From Gammaproteobacteria bacterium (GTDB lineage Bacteria; Pseudomonadota; Gammaproteobacteria; CAJXQU01): a stretch of DNA of 64,000 bases. Shown here in pieces: positions 31,880-42,860 of the stretch; the stretch's first letter is position 1; each line of letters opens with the position of its first letter. Made by a program: the position numbers and the translations under genes. The notes under the pieces are model-generated. The model saw only the letters and a list, made by a program, of their open reading frames with translations. It was not told the DNA's origin and did no database searches. The stretch lies in contig CBDEGZ010000003.1 of NCBI GenBank assembly GCA_965238175.1, forward strand, positions 2,944,001-3,008,000, written 5' to 3'.

Positions 31880-33127
31880 TTATGGATGTACGCTATTAAT
31901 AAAAATATCGATCGACTTTAAAGTTTCAACATCGACTTCTACAGACTCTGCCTCTAGATCACCTCTTGCCGCTATTGCATTACCACTTTTGGAAATCCGG
32001 GCACTGATAGTTACACGTTGATGAGCTGATATTTTTAGATCTGGCCGCATCGCCATGCTGTCATCAAGCGTGATTGTTGTAGGTAATTCACTCGCTTTTA
32101 ATTTAGCTACTGCGAGAGGAATGGGGGGACCTTGAACTGCTTTCGCAAATACAAACACAGTATCTTCCGCATCAACCTGATCATTTAATTTCCCTGCAAG
32201 ACTAACTTCTACTTGCAAAGAAATTTTTGATTGAACCGATTCCTCAGGCGTCTTTGCAGGCAATTCTTCTGACTGAGATTGAGACTGCGCTTCCACAATC
32301 AGTCTTTTCATACTTTCGTGCACCGCAGAACCTGGTTTGGTTTGCATCAAAATTGGCTGTAAAAACTCAGCTACTTTCTCATATTCCTGCTCTTGATAGG
32401 CCAACATTCCTGCAAGCCAACGTAGTTTTGGATAATCAGGATCAACATCAAGCGCACTAACAATTAACGATTTTGCATCGCCGGTAAGATCACCACTGTT
32501 ACCCCGTCCGATCGCATCGGCATAATCTGCAAGCAGCGCAACATTATTACCGAAGATTTTATGTGCTTTGGAAAATGCTTCTCTGGCCTCACCAAAACGG
32601 TTCATCACTAGATAAGATTTACCAAGCATGACCCAACCTTCCCCATCGCTCGGATCGGATTCAAGACGTTCAGCTAAAGCAGCAATCATAGTTTCTATAT
32701 CAGGGGATTGCTCACTTAGTGCTTGCTCGGTTTTTTGTAATTCAACATCAAGTGCAGTCAATGATCCTGTCTGTAAATAAACCCCGATTGCAATAATCGG
32801 CAGCCCAATCATGAGCAAGAAGATCAGTCCAATATTATTAGGCCTGCTTTGACTATCGTTTTCATTCGTTATTTTAGAAGCAGCTAATATCACTTGCGAT
32901 AACTCTAATTCTAACTCTGATCGTGCTTGCTCAAATTGAGCTTGATCAATTCGTCCAGAACTTAAATCCTTATTCAACTCTTGTAAATATTCGCGTCCAA
33001 TCGCCAGATTATGTTCATTCTGAATCGATTCCTGATCAGCCTGAAAATTTTTCCTCAAAAGTGGCGGTAAAATTAACGCGAAAGCAACTACGATCATCAC
33101 TACAACACAGAGAAGAAAAATTGTCAT
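31880..33127 (-). CDS. ccmI: Cytochrome c biogenesis protein CcmI (TPR plus C-terminal Ig-like domain)
   Basis: Two TMs, TPR W.MLGKSY, VFVFAKA..GPPIPLAV and ARISKSG motifs. Confidence 0.9.
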   Translation of the reverse strand: MTIFLLCVVVMIVVAFALILPPLLRKNFQADQESIQNEHNLAIGREYLQELNKDLSSGRIDQAQFEQARSELELELSQVILAASKITNENDSQSRPNNIGLIFLLMIGLPIIAIGVYLQTGSLTALDVELQKTEQALSEQSPDIETMIAALAERLESDPSDGEGWVMLGKSYLVMNRFGEAREAFSKAHKIFGNNVALLADYADAIGRGNSGDLTGDAKSLIVSALDVDPDYPKLRWLAGMLAYQEQEYEKVAEFLQPILMQTKPGSAVHESMKRLIVEAQSQSQSEELPAKTPEESVQSKISLQVEVSLAGKLNDQVDAEDTVFVFAKAVQGPPIPLAVAKLKASELPTTITLDDSMAMRPDLKISAHQRVTISARISKSGNAIAARGDLEAESVEVDVETLKSIDIFINSVHP

Positions 33128-33570
33128 TTCTCATCCTCAAGCAATCTTCTAACATTAACCAGATCTGTTTGATCAATTTCTGTAGTATCTGATCGACGTC
33201 TGATCATTAATACAACGGCAATAATTCCTATCAACACTAAGATTATTGGTGCGAACCAGAGTAAATAGGTCTCTGGCATCAATCGCGGCCGATACAAAAC
33301 AAATTCGCCATAACGGGCCACCAACTCTTCAATAATTTCATCATTGGTTTTACCTTCATCCATCAAGGCATACACTTTTTCACGCAAGTCATTTGCTAAT
33401 GGCGCATCCGAATCCGCTAAGGATTGATTCTGGCAAACAAGACATCGTAGCTCTTCCGTCAATTGACGAAACTGTTCAACCTGCTTTTGATCGGCAAAAG
33501 GAAAGCGTTGATCTTCCGCAAATGAAAAACCTGAAATTAAAATCAAGAATAATGCGATCAACTTATTCAC
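33124..33570 (-). CDS. ccmH: Cytochrome c biogenesis protein CcmH
   Basis: LRCLVCQNQSLADS and RYGEFVLYRP motifs. Confidence 0.95.
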   Translation of the reverse strand: MNKLIALFLILISGFSFAEDQRFPFADQKQVEQFRQLTEELRCLVCQNQSLADSDAPLANDLREKVYALMDEGKTNDEIIEELVARYGEFVLYRPRLMPETYLLWFAPIILVLIGIIAVVLMIRRRSDTTEIDQTDLVNVRRLLEDEK

Positions 33571-34159
33571 TATTTTCTTCCTGGTATTGTATTTCTGCAG
33601 TAGCCACTTCTTGTGTATTCCATTGTTCTGTTTGAAGTTCTATCACGATAGGTTCCAAAATCTGCTTCCAATCTTGCCAGCTTATCGCGCCAACATGCTT
33701 GTAACGAATGATCCCTTGCGCATCAAGTATAAATGTTTCTGGCGTGCCATAAACTCCCCAGTCGAGACCCGTAACACCTTTTTGATCAAACGCCACCGCC
33801 CGATAAGGATTACCTAATTGTTGCAACCAACTTAGGGCATCTTCCTTCTCATCTTTATAATCAATACCATAAATGGCTAAGTTTTTATTACTCCGGGCAA
33901 CTTCCACCAAAACATCATGTTCACCGCGACAAGTGGGACACCAGGTTGCCCAAAAGTTGACTAGCGAAACTTCACCTTCAAGATCCGCCTGAGTGATCAA
34001 TTGATCTTCGTTTTGTAGATGCGGCAGTGAAAATTCTGGTGCTGGTTTACCGATAAAAGGCGAAGGGATAAAACGCGGATCGCGTTCCAATCCGACAATA
34101 AAAAACCCGATCAGAATTACAAACAAGACCAACGGTAAAATAAAAACCAGCTTTTTCAT
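33563..34159 (-). CDS. ccmG: Thiol:disulfide interchange protein CcmG/DsbE
   Basis: NFWATWCPTC and GVYGTPETF motifs. Confidence 0.95.
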   Translation of the reverse strand: MKKLVFILPLVLFVILIGFFIVGLERDPRFIPSPFIGKPAPEFSLPHLQNEDQLITQADLEGEVSLVNFWATWCPTCRGEHDVLVEVARSNKNLAIYGIDYKDEKEDALSWLQQLGNPYRAVAFDQKGVTGLDWGVYGTPETFILDAQGIIRYKHVGAISWQDWKQILEPIVIELQTEQWNTQEVATAEIQYQEENSE

Positions 34160-34165
34160 TTAATC

Positions 34166-36184
34166 TTAAGCAGGTGAAACAGACGATGTTTCAGTTTCAT
34201 CTACGTCTTTGGAAGGTTTGTGTATAGTTGCCTTATTTCTAGAAATTCTATATTTTGAAGTTTGTCGATAACGCCGATCCAGCGCTGCAAAAATCCCTCC
34301 CAAGGCCATAATCACACCACCACCCCAGATCCAACTAATAAAGGGTTTATAGTACAAACGCACCGGCCACATCTCATCTGTTTCTGGTGGTTGTCCAAGT
34401 GAAATATACAAATCACGTGTCAACGCAGTGTCAATTGCCGCTTCAGTCATTACGTTTTGTCTGACATGATAGATGCGCTTTTCAGGTCTCATTGTTGCGA
34501 TTATTTCACCGTCTTTGATTACCGTAAATACACCAACGTTAGCCAGATAATTTGCACCTTGCTGCTGCTCGACTGACTCAAACTTGAACAAAAATCCCGC
34601 TAACTCTTTTTCATCACCGGGTGTCATCCGTATATCATGATCATGGCTGTATGCACTGGAAAACGTCACACCCATTACAGTAATTGCTATTCCAATATGG
34701 GCTAATACCATGCCATAAACACCAGTAGGAATTGCTCTCAACCCAGATAAACCTTGGCGCCTGGAAACTCGTTGTTTAAGGTAGCCTAGGCTAGAAACGA
34801 TCATCCAAATGGAGACAGCCAACCCTGCAAATACCATCAACGAAGAGGACTGCATAAGAACAAAGACAGCAATGCTCAGAACGATTAAAAAGGTGATAAA
34901 AATAGTTCTAAGGTTTTGAATTAACTTACTCGCATCTTGTTCTTTCCATCGAACCATTGGACCAATTCCCAACAACAAAAACAGTGGCAGCATAAGTGGA
35001 GCAAAAACCGTATTAAAGTAAGGTGGTCCAACTGAGAGCTTGCCCTTGCCCAAAGCATCAATGATGAGTGGATAAATGGTTCCTAGCAAAATACATGCAG
35101 CGGCAGCGACTAATAACACGTTATTCAATAATAATAAGGTCTCACGTGAAAGTGGCTTGAACTCACCAACGGTCTTCAAAGTCTGCATTCGCCATGCATA
35201 TAAGATAAGTGAACCACCAATGACAACACCAAGAAATGCCAGAATAAAGAGTCCGCGCGAAGGATCCGTCGCAAAAGCATGCACTGAGGTTAATACGCCT
35301 GAACGGACCAGAAAGGTGCCTAAAAGACTTAACGAAAATGCAATAATGGCGAGTAATACCGTCCAACCACGGAACAGTCCACGTTTTTCTGTTACCGCAA
35401 GTGAATGGATCAAGGCCGTTGCAACTAGCCACGGCATGAACGATGCGTTTTCTACCGGATCCCAAAACCACCAGCCGCCCCAGCCAAGTTCATAATAAGC
35501 CCACCAGCTACCAAGCATGATCCCAAAAGTCAAAAATGACCAGGCAATAATCGTCCAGGGACGCGACCAACGTGCCCAGGCTGCATCAAGTCGCCCACCT
35601 ATCAGCGCTGCAATCGCAAATGCGAAGGGGACTGCTAAACCGACATAGCCCATGTAGAGCATCGGTGGATGAAAAGCCATTCCTGGATCTTGTAACAAAG
35701 GGTTAAGATCTGCACCGTCTACTGCCGCTGGAAAAAGGCGATCAAAAGGATTCGATGTGAATAACATGAAGAGTATCAAACCAATATTCAAGAAGCCCAG
35801 AACTGATAAAACTCGAGCAACAATATTTTCCGGCAAGCTACGACTAAACAGTGCAACTAAGGCTGTCCAGATCCCTAGAATAAAAACCCAGAGTAACATC
35901 GAGCCTTCATGCGCACCCCAAACTCCAGAGATCAAATAAATTAAAGGTAACCCTGAATTTGAATTGTTCGCCACATATAAAACACTAAAATCATGGCTGA
36001 TAAATGCATAGGTCAGTGCAGCATATGAAATAAGCAAAAATAGAAATTGCCCAAAAGCAGCCGGTCTGGCAACAGCCATTAAAGCAGGGTTATTTCTTTG
36101 CGCTCCCCACAACGGCAATGCAGCCTGAACGAGGGCTGTGCTCAACGCCATAATAAGTGCAAAGTGTCCTATCTCGGGTATCAT
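34166..36184 (-). CDS. ccmF: Heme lyase CcmF
   Basis: WAYYELGWGGWWFWDPVENAS, HPPMLY and SVHAFA motifs. Confidence 0.97.
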   Translation of the reverse strand: MIPEIGHFALIMALSTALVQAALPLWGAQRNNPALMAVARPAAFGQFLFLLISYAALTYAFISHDFSVLYVANNSNSGLPLIYLISGVWGAHEGSMLLWVFILGIWTALVALFSRSLPENIVARVLSVLGFLNIGLILFMLFTSNPFDRLFPAAVDGADLNPLLQDPGMAFHPPMLYMGYVGLAVPFAFAIAALIGGRLDAAWARWSRPWTIIAWSFLTFGIMLGSWWAYYELGWGGWWFWDPVENASFMPWLVATALIHSLAVTEKRGLFRGWTVLLAIIAFSLSLLGTFLVRSGVLTSVHAFATDPSRGLFILAFLGVVIGGSLILYAWRMQTLKTVGEFKPLSRETLLLLNNVLLVAAAACILLGTIYPLIIDALGKGKLSVGPPYFNTVFAPLMLPLFLLLGIGPMVRWKEQDASKLIQNLRTIFITFLIVLSIAVFVLMQSSSLMVFAGLAVSIWMIVSSLGYLKQRVSRRQGLSGLRAIPTGVYGMVLAHIGIAITVMGVTFSSAYSHDHDIRMTPGDEKELAGFLFKFESVEQQQGANYLANVGVFTVIKDGEIIATMRPEKRIYHVRQNVMTEAAIDTALTRDLYISLGQPPETDEMWPVRLYYKPFISWIWGGGVIMALGGIFAALDRRYRQTSKYRISRNKATIHKPSKDVDETETSSVSPA

Positions 36185-36220
36185 TTCTTGTGCCTTTTCT
36201 GCTTCTTACCTATTGAATGA

Positions 36221-36673
36221 TTACTGATTCTGTTTGTATTTTTGCATATCCTGAGCAGCTTCTAATGCTTCAGTCACTTCAGGTGGCATATAATTTTCAT
36301 CGTGTTTTGCGAGTACCAAATCGGCGATAAAAATACCCTTTTGATCAAGCTTTCCCTGCGCGATAATGCCCTGACCTTCTCTGAAAAGATCCGGCAAAAT
36401 ACCGGTGTATTTTACCGTTGTAGTATTAGCTGTATCGGTAACGACAAAAGTCACATCTAAGGTCTTTTTATCATGCTGAACACTGCCTTCCTCAACCATA
36501 CCTCCGACTCTAAAAGTATGATCCGCTGGCACTTCTCCAGCCATAACCTGGCTGGGACTATAAAAAGCATTCAGGTTTTTGCCTAACGCCATCAACGTCA
36601 GTGCTACCGCTATCGAAACCCCAAGCACCAAACCACCAATCATAAGTAAGCGCCGTTTACGTACTGGGTGCAT
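36221..36673 (-). CDS. ccmE: Heme chaperone CcmE
   Basis: GILPDLFREGQG and LAKHDENYMPPE motifs. Confidence 0.97.
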   Translation of the reverse strand: MHPVRKRRLLMIGGLVLGVSIAVALTLMALGKNLNAFYSPSQVMAGEVPADHTFRVGGMVEEGSVQHDKKTLDVTFVVTDTANTTTVKYTGILPDLFREGQGIIAQGKLDQKGIFIADLVLAKHDENYMPPEVTEALEAAQDMQKYKQNQ

Positions 36674-36845
36674 TTTTCTTATCTCTCAAATTATTATCGC
36701 GATCAATTTTCATGACCAATTCACGTTTTATTTGCCTCTCACGAAGCTTAGGCATCACTACATTTGCGATCAAAATTATGGCAGTAAGCCCATAACTTAA
36801 CCAGACATAAAGAGCATATCCGCCCATATTAAAAAATTCATCCAT
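36657..36845 (-). CDS. ccmD: Heme exporter protein CcmD
   Basis: FFNMGGYALYVWLSYG single-TM protein between ccmC and ccmE. Confidence 0.92.
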   Translation of the reverse strand: MDEFFNMGGYALYVWLSYGLTAIILIANVVMPKLRERQIKRELVMKIDRDNNLRDKKNAPST

Positions 36846-37578
36846 CTTTTATCAAAACCTCTTTAACCCAACTGGTTTTTCGCTCCAGGAATAACAGCTC
36901 AGATCGCGCGCGCATCAAAACAACAGCACCATAATAAAGTTTAAAAGCCAAAGCCATGATCAAAAGTGGCGTTAGCATACTCGCATCAATGGCCGATTTA
37001 TTCATCACGCCAACACTCGATCCTTGGTGAAGCGTGTTCCACCAAGTCACTGAGTAATGAATGATTGGAATAATAACCACACAGACAATGGCTAATAAGG
37101 CACACGCCCGGCCTGCTACACGTCGATCTTCAATTGCGGATCCTAATCCTATATAACCGAGATAAATAAATAACAGTAATAGTTCTGAAGTAAGCCGTGC
37201 ATCCCAGATCCAATAGGTTCCCCACATAGGCTTACCCCAAAGTGAACCGGTAACCAAAGCCAAAAATGTAAACGATGCTCCAATCGGCGCGCTTGCTCTT
37301 GCGATAATATCTGCGACGGTGATTTTCCAGATCAAAAATGCTGCGCTACTAAAAGCGATCACCATATAAACAAACATCGACATCCAAGCCGCCGGCACAT
37401 GAACATACATAATTCGGAAACTATCGCCTTGTTGATAATCCGCAGGTGCCTGAATCAAGCCTCCATAAAGACCATATAGGATCAGTAATAATGCACTCCA
37501 ACCAAACAGAGGAACCAATTTATTAGCAAGATTATAAAAAATCTTTGGAGATCCTAATTTATGTAACCACGTCCACAT
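36838..37578 (-). CDS. ccmC: Heme exporter protein CcmC
   Basis: HVPAAW, WGKPMWGTYWIWDARLT and WWNTLHQ motifs. Confidence 0.97.
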   Translation of the reverse strand: MWTWLHKLGSPKIFYNLANKLVPLFGWSALLLILYGLYGGLIQAPADYQQGDSFRIMYVHVPAAWMSMFVYMVIAFSSAAFLIWKITVADIIARASAPIGASFTFLALVTGSLWGKPMWGTYWIWDARLTSELLLLFIYLGYIGLGSAIEDRRVAGRACALLAIVCVVIIPIIHYSVTWWNTLHQGSSVGVMNKSAIDASMLTPLLIMALAFKLYYGAVVLMRARSELLFLERKTSWVKEVLIKDG

Positions 37579-37606
37579 ACTTTTTAACTCTTTTTTAATC
37601 TGTTTG

Positions 37607-38272
37607 TTAACTCATACTAATTTTTAACGCTGCACCTATCGCAAGTGGTGCGAGTGTCAAGGTAAAAACTAACATTGCAGCCATTAGATAAATTTGACTA
37701 GAAACATCTAAACCCATTGCAGAAGCTTGAGCCGCATTTGCACCGAAGATCAACACCGGAACATAAAGCGGCAAGATCAATAAGGTCAACAGCATTCCAC
37801 CGCGCCTCAGACCAATTGTTAAAGCGACACCTATCGCCCCAACTAAACTTAATACCGGTGTGCCTAGCAATAATGTTAGCATGAGTACACCTAAGGATTC
37901 TGACGGAAGGTGCATCAACATCGCTAATATTGGTGTCACTAAAATAAGTGGTAATCCAGTTACCAACCAATGCGCGACTACTTTTGCCAGCATCAATACT
38001 GGCAACGGTTGTGGACTCAGCAATATCTGTTCAATGGTTCCATCATCAAAATCGGATCTAAAAATTCGTTCGATTGATAACAACGTCGCTAGTAAAGCAG
38101 CAACCCAAATAACACCGGCTGCCATAACTTCTAAAATTTTCGAGTCTGGGCTTACTGCAAGTGGGAACATGCTAACAATGATAATAAAGAACAACATGGG
38201 GTTCACAAGTTCCCCACGATTTCGATAAGCGAGTAATAAATCCCTTTTCAACAAGGCTAAAAAAGCATTCAT
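37607..38272 (-). CDS. ccmB: Heme exporter protein CcmB
   Basis: F..DFDDG.IEQ, KVVAHWL, LLLGTP and LPLYVPVLIFG motifs. Confidence 0.96.
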   Translation of the reverse strand: MNAFLALLKRDLLLAYRNRGELVNPMLFFIIIVSMFPLAVSPDSKILEVMAAGVIWVAALLATLLSIERIFRSDFDDGTIEQILLSPQPLPVLMLAKVVAHWLVTGLPLILVTPILAMLMHLPSESLGVLMLTLLLGTPVLSLVGAIGVALTIGLRRGGMLLTLLILPLYVPVLIFGANAAQASAMGLDVSSQIYLMAAMLVFTLTLAPLAIGAALKISMS

Positions 38273-38910
38273 AACCGTTGCCTAGCATCTAGACTAATCG
38301 TTTTAATCTGAGGCAAGTTTACATCATGGTGACTAGTCAAAATTACCAACCCATCTGACGTTGCATGATCTGCAATAATAGCTTCTAGTTCCCCAATCCC
38401 AGATTTATCAATTGCGGTAAACGGTTCATCAAGAATCCAGAGCTTAGTGGGGCTGATCAATAATCGAGCTAACGCGACTCTTCGTCTTTGCCCTGCTGAA
38501 AGTGTTCGACAAAGTTGATGCTCAAAACCACGTAAACCAACTTTTTGTATCGCTTCTTGTGGCGATAAACTTTGTTGTTTATTTTCATCAGAGCCGGAAA
38601 GTGCTGCTGATAAGGTTAGGTTTTCTAATGGTGTGCAATCACCTTTTAAACCATCATGGTGACCGACATAGCTCATATTAACTGAATAGTCATAACGATC
38701 TTTGTGGATATTTTGATCGGACCAGAATATTTGCCCTAGATCAGCTTTGATCAAGCCACAGAGAATTCTTAATAAGGTTGTTTTGCCACTACCGTTAGGC
38801 CCTTCAATCTGCAAAACTTCTCCAGAATTAACCTCAAAATCGAGATCACTGAAGAGGAGTTGATCATTCCGTGAATATTCCAGACCCTTTGCAATCAGCT
38901 TCGCTGACAT
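38269..38910 (-). CDS. ccmA: Heme ABC exporter ATPase CcmA
   Basis: GPNGSGKTT, LSAGQRRRVALARL, WILDEPF and TSH motifs. Start is ATG 38910 or TTG 38916. Confidence 0.96.
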   Translation of the reverse strand: MSAKLIAKGLEYSRNDQLLFSDLDFEVNSGEVLQIEGPNGSGKTTLLRILCGLIKADLGQIFWSDQNIHKDRYDYSVNMSYVGHHDGLKGDCTPLENLTLSAALSGSDENKQQSLSPQEAIQKVGLRGFEHQLCRTLSAGQRRRVALARLLISPTKLWILDEPFTAIDKSGIGELEAIIADHATSDGLVILTSHHDVNLPQIKTISLDARQRL

Positions 38911-38912
38911 AA

Positions 38913-40226
<1,314 letters not shown>

Positions 40227-40246
40227 TTAATTAACAATCTATCCAA

Positions 40247-41470
40247 TCACAGTTTGCGCTTAGATATGAGTAGATTCGGGCGTTTGATCTCTTTAATAAC
40301 CCAACTATCGTTTTCTTTTACTAACTTTTTATTAGATAAATCATCTTCATGTCCGGGCAATTGGTTAACGACCCGCTTACCCTCTTTTCGCAATTTCTGT
40401 ATCACAACTGCTAGTTCAGGATCATCTGACCAAGATGCATATATTATCTCCTTCTGACCACATTCCAACGTCCCAGCGTGAACCAATGACTTCAGATCGG
40501 TACTGAAACCTGTTGCAGGCCTGGCCCGCCCGAAAACCTCACCGATCTCATCATAACGACCACCCCTTGCGATAGCCTGACCATGCCCAGGTAAATAGGC
40601 TGCAAACATAACGCCCGTGTGATAGTGAAACCCTCGCAGTTCTGAGAGATCAATATTCAATTTAAGATCCGGAACACGTAACAAAACTTGATCAACTATT
40701 ACAACTAAATCAGATAATGCCTGTTGTACATTCTGATCGGCCTTGGAAAGTGTATCTTGCGCCATTTCCAGCACTTCTCTTCCACCATTTAGGTCAACCA
40801 GTGCTTCGAGCATGGCTGACACATCTGTAGATAAATTCCATCCTGCTAAACATTCTTTTAATTCTGGAACGGCTTTGCGTTGTAACACATCAAACAACTG
40901 ATGTTGTTGATCGCTAGTCAAACCAGCTTGTTTAACCAAACCATTAAAGATCTTGATATGTCCAATATCCATATAAACAGATTCAAGACCTGCTTCATTT
41001 AATACCGCAAGCATCAAACAAATAATTTCAATATCGCTTTCCAGTCCATCATGACCAAAAAGCTCAGCACCGATCTGTAAAGGATTTCTGGAAGCCGACA
41101 ACCCTTTTGGATTTGTTTGCAGTACTGGGCCGAGATAACATAGTCGATTAGGTGACTCGTTTTTTAGACGATGTGCATCAATACGCGCGATTTGTGGTGT
41201 CATGTCCGCACGAATCCCCATTAAACGTCCCGTTCGTTGATCAGTTATTTTAAACGTTTGCAGATCAAGATCATGACTTGATCCGGTCAATAAGGATTCC
41301 AGATATTCCATCAATGGTGGAATAACCAGCTCATAACCCCAAGATTGAAATAGATCAATAATACCGCGACGCAACTGCTCCAGACATGCTGCGTGTGGAG
41401 GCAAAACTTCTTCAACACCTTCAGGCAACAGCCATTTATCTGACCACTGATCAGCTACTTTATTATTCAT
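40247..41470 (-). CDS. hisZ: ATP phosphoribosyltransferase regulatory subunit
   Basis: WLLPEG, RADMTPQIARIDAH, YHTG, GGRYD and RPATGFS motifs; upstream of purA. Confidence 0.95.
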   Translation of the reverse strand: MNNKVADQWSDKWLLPEGVEEVLPPHAACLEQLRRGIIDLFQSWGYELVIPPLMEYLESLLTGSSHDLDLQTFKITDQRTGRLMGIRADMTPQIARIDAHRLKNESPNRLCYLGPVLQTNPKGLSASRNPLQIGAELFGHDGLESDIEIICLMLAVLNEAGLESVYMDIGHIKIFNGLVKQAGLTSDQQHQLFDVLQRKAVPELKECLAGWNLSTDVSAMLEALVDLNGGREVLEMAQDTLSKADQNVQQALSDLVVIVDQVLLRVPDLKLNIDLSELRGFHYHTGVMFAAYLPGHGQAIARGGRYDEIGEVFGRARPATGFSTDLKSLVHAGTLECGQKEIIYASWSDDPELAVVIQKLRKEGKRVVNQLPGHEDDLSNKKLVKENDSWVIKEIKRPNLLISKRKL

Positions 41471-41474
41471 ATTT

Positions 41475-41786
41475 AGTACTTTATCCGGCTAATATTGTCG
41501 CATTCAGCGCTTCGGTAATTGCTCCTGCATTCTCTACCGCCTGCATTCATGCAGTCGACCGTGGTGTTTTGCAGCAAGGCGCAGTACACCGAGAATAGTC
41601 GCTCTATTCTCAAACGCTGCAACGTAGCTACAGGACGCTACGGTAGCGTCCTTCGGGTTAGCTTGTCTGTGCCCATGAACTACGTTGTGTCTCTTGGAAA
41701 TGGAACGACCATTCCCAGCAAGACACGCCTTGCCATGATCACAGACAAGCTAACTGAACCCGACAATATTAACCGGGCAGAGTACT
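41475..41786. mobile_element. 312-bp MITE-like palindromic element
   Basis: 26-bp imperfect terminal inverted repeats (AGTACTTTATCCGGCTAATATTGTCG / CGACAATATTAACCGGGCAGAGTACT), nested internal stems, GC richer than the flanks, no convincing ORF. Confidence 0.7.
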
Positions 41787-41788
41787 GG

Positions 41789-41974
41789 TTAGCGAATCCA
41801 GTACAAAAGACCGACACCGATCAGCATGCATGTCAGTCCTACAAACCGCAGCGTAGAATCATCAATCTGTGATGCTTTGAGCATTGCTTCTCGAAAAGCC
41901 TTTGGACTCAAAAAGGGCATAATCCCTTCGATCACAAGTACCAAACCGAGCGCAATTAATAATCCCTGCCACAT
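41789..41974 (-). CDS. DUF2065 (YjeT-like) small membrane protein
   Basis: ALGLVLVIEGIMPFLSP...LRFVGL; canonical position after hflC. Confidence 0.9.
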   Translation of the reverse strand: MWQGLLIALGLVLVIEGIMPFLSPKAFREAMLKASQIDDSTLRFVGLTCMLIGVGLLYWIR

Positions 41975-41985
41975 TCAAGATCTGC

Positions 41986-42858
41986 TTATGGATAAGCTGG
42001 TATTTTAGAACTTGGATCTTTAAAGAACTTGAAAAAATCCGAATCAGGTTCTAATAACATCACATCATTCTGGTTTGAAAAACTACTTTGATAGGCATTC
42101 AAACGTCGATAAAAAGAATAAAACTCTTCATCTTGTTCATAGGCTTTTGCATAAGTTTCAGTGGCCTCTGCATCAGCCGCACCCCGGGTAATTTCTGCCT
42201 TCCGATAACCTTCAGCAAGTATGGTTGTTGATTCACGATCAGCTTTTGCACGAATTCTTTCTGCAGCCTCTTCCCCTTGTGAGCGTAACTGACGTGCAAT
42301 TCGTTCACGCTCAGCGCGCATCCGGCCATAAACAGATTCACTAATATCATCAGGGAAATCGATACGTTTGAGACGCACATCAACGACTTCTGCACCAAGC
42401 TCCACTGCCTGTTTATTTGATAATTCCGTAACGATTCTCATCACCTCTGCACGTTCACCCGCAATCAGATCATGGAGTGATCGCTTACCAAATTCACCCC
42501 GCATATTGTCATTTACTTTTTGATAAATAAGCAATCCCGCCTGATTTTGATCGCCGCTGGTAGCATTGTAATAAACAATGGGATCTTTAATACGCCATTT
42601 AATAAACGAGTCGACAATAACGTAGTTTTGATCTTGGGTCAGATAACGCTGCGGCTGTTCGTCTTCGGTCAAAATACGCTTATCAAACTTGCGGATATTA
42701 TTAATGAGTGGCATCTTAAAGTGTAAGCCCGGTTCAAAATCGGCACGCTTAATCTCACCCAGTTGGAACAAGATCGCCCATTCCGGTTCTTTTACGGTAA
42801 ATGCTGAAAGCGCGAATATAAACGCCGCAATCACTAAAGCAATAATATATTTAGGCAT
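41986..42858 (-). CDS. hflC: FtsH modulator HflC
   Basis: SPFH domain with PGLHFK, VDVRLKRI, RMRAER and FYSFYR motifs. Confidence 0.95.
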   Translation of the reverse strand: MPKYIIALVIAAFIFALSAFTVKEPEWAILFQLGEIKRADFEPGLHFKMPLINNIRKFDKRILTEDEQPQRYLTQDQNYVIVDSFIKWRIKDPIVYYNATSGDQNQAGLLIYQKVNDNMRGEFGKRSLHDLIAGERAEVMRIVTELSNKQAVELGAEVVDVRLKRIDFPDDISESVYGRMRAERERIARQLRSQGEEAAERIRAKADRESTTILAEGYRKAEITRGAADAEATETYAKAYEQDEEFYSFYRRLNAYQSSFSNQNDVMLLEPDSDFFKFFKDPSSKIPAYP

Positions 42859-42860
42859 GA

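Noticed and set aside
41519-41872. 117-aa plus-strand ORF across the hisZ-yjeT gap
   Set aside because: It spans the palindromic element, runs antisense into yjeT, has no clear RBS and no recognisable motif.
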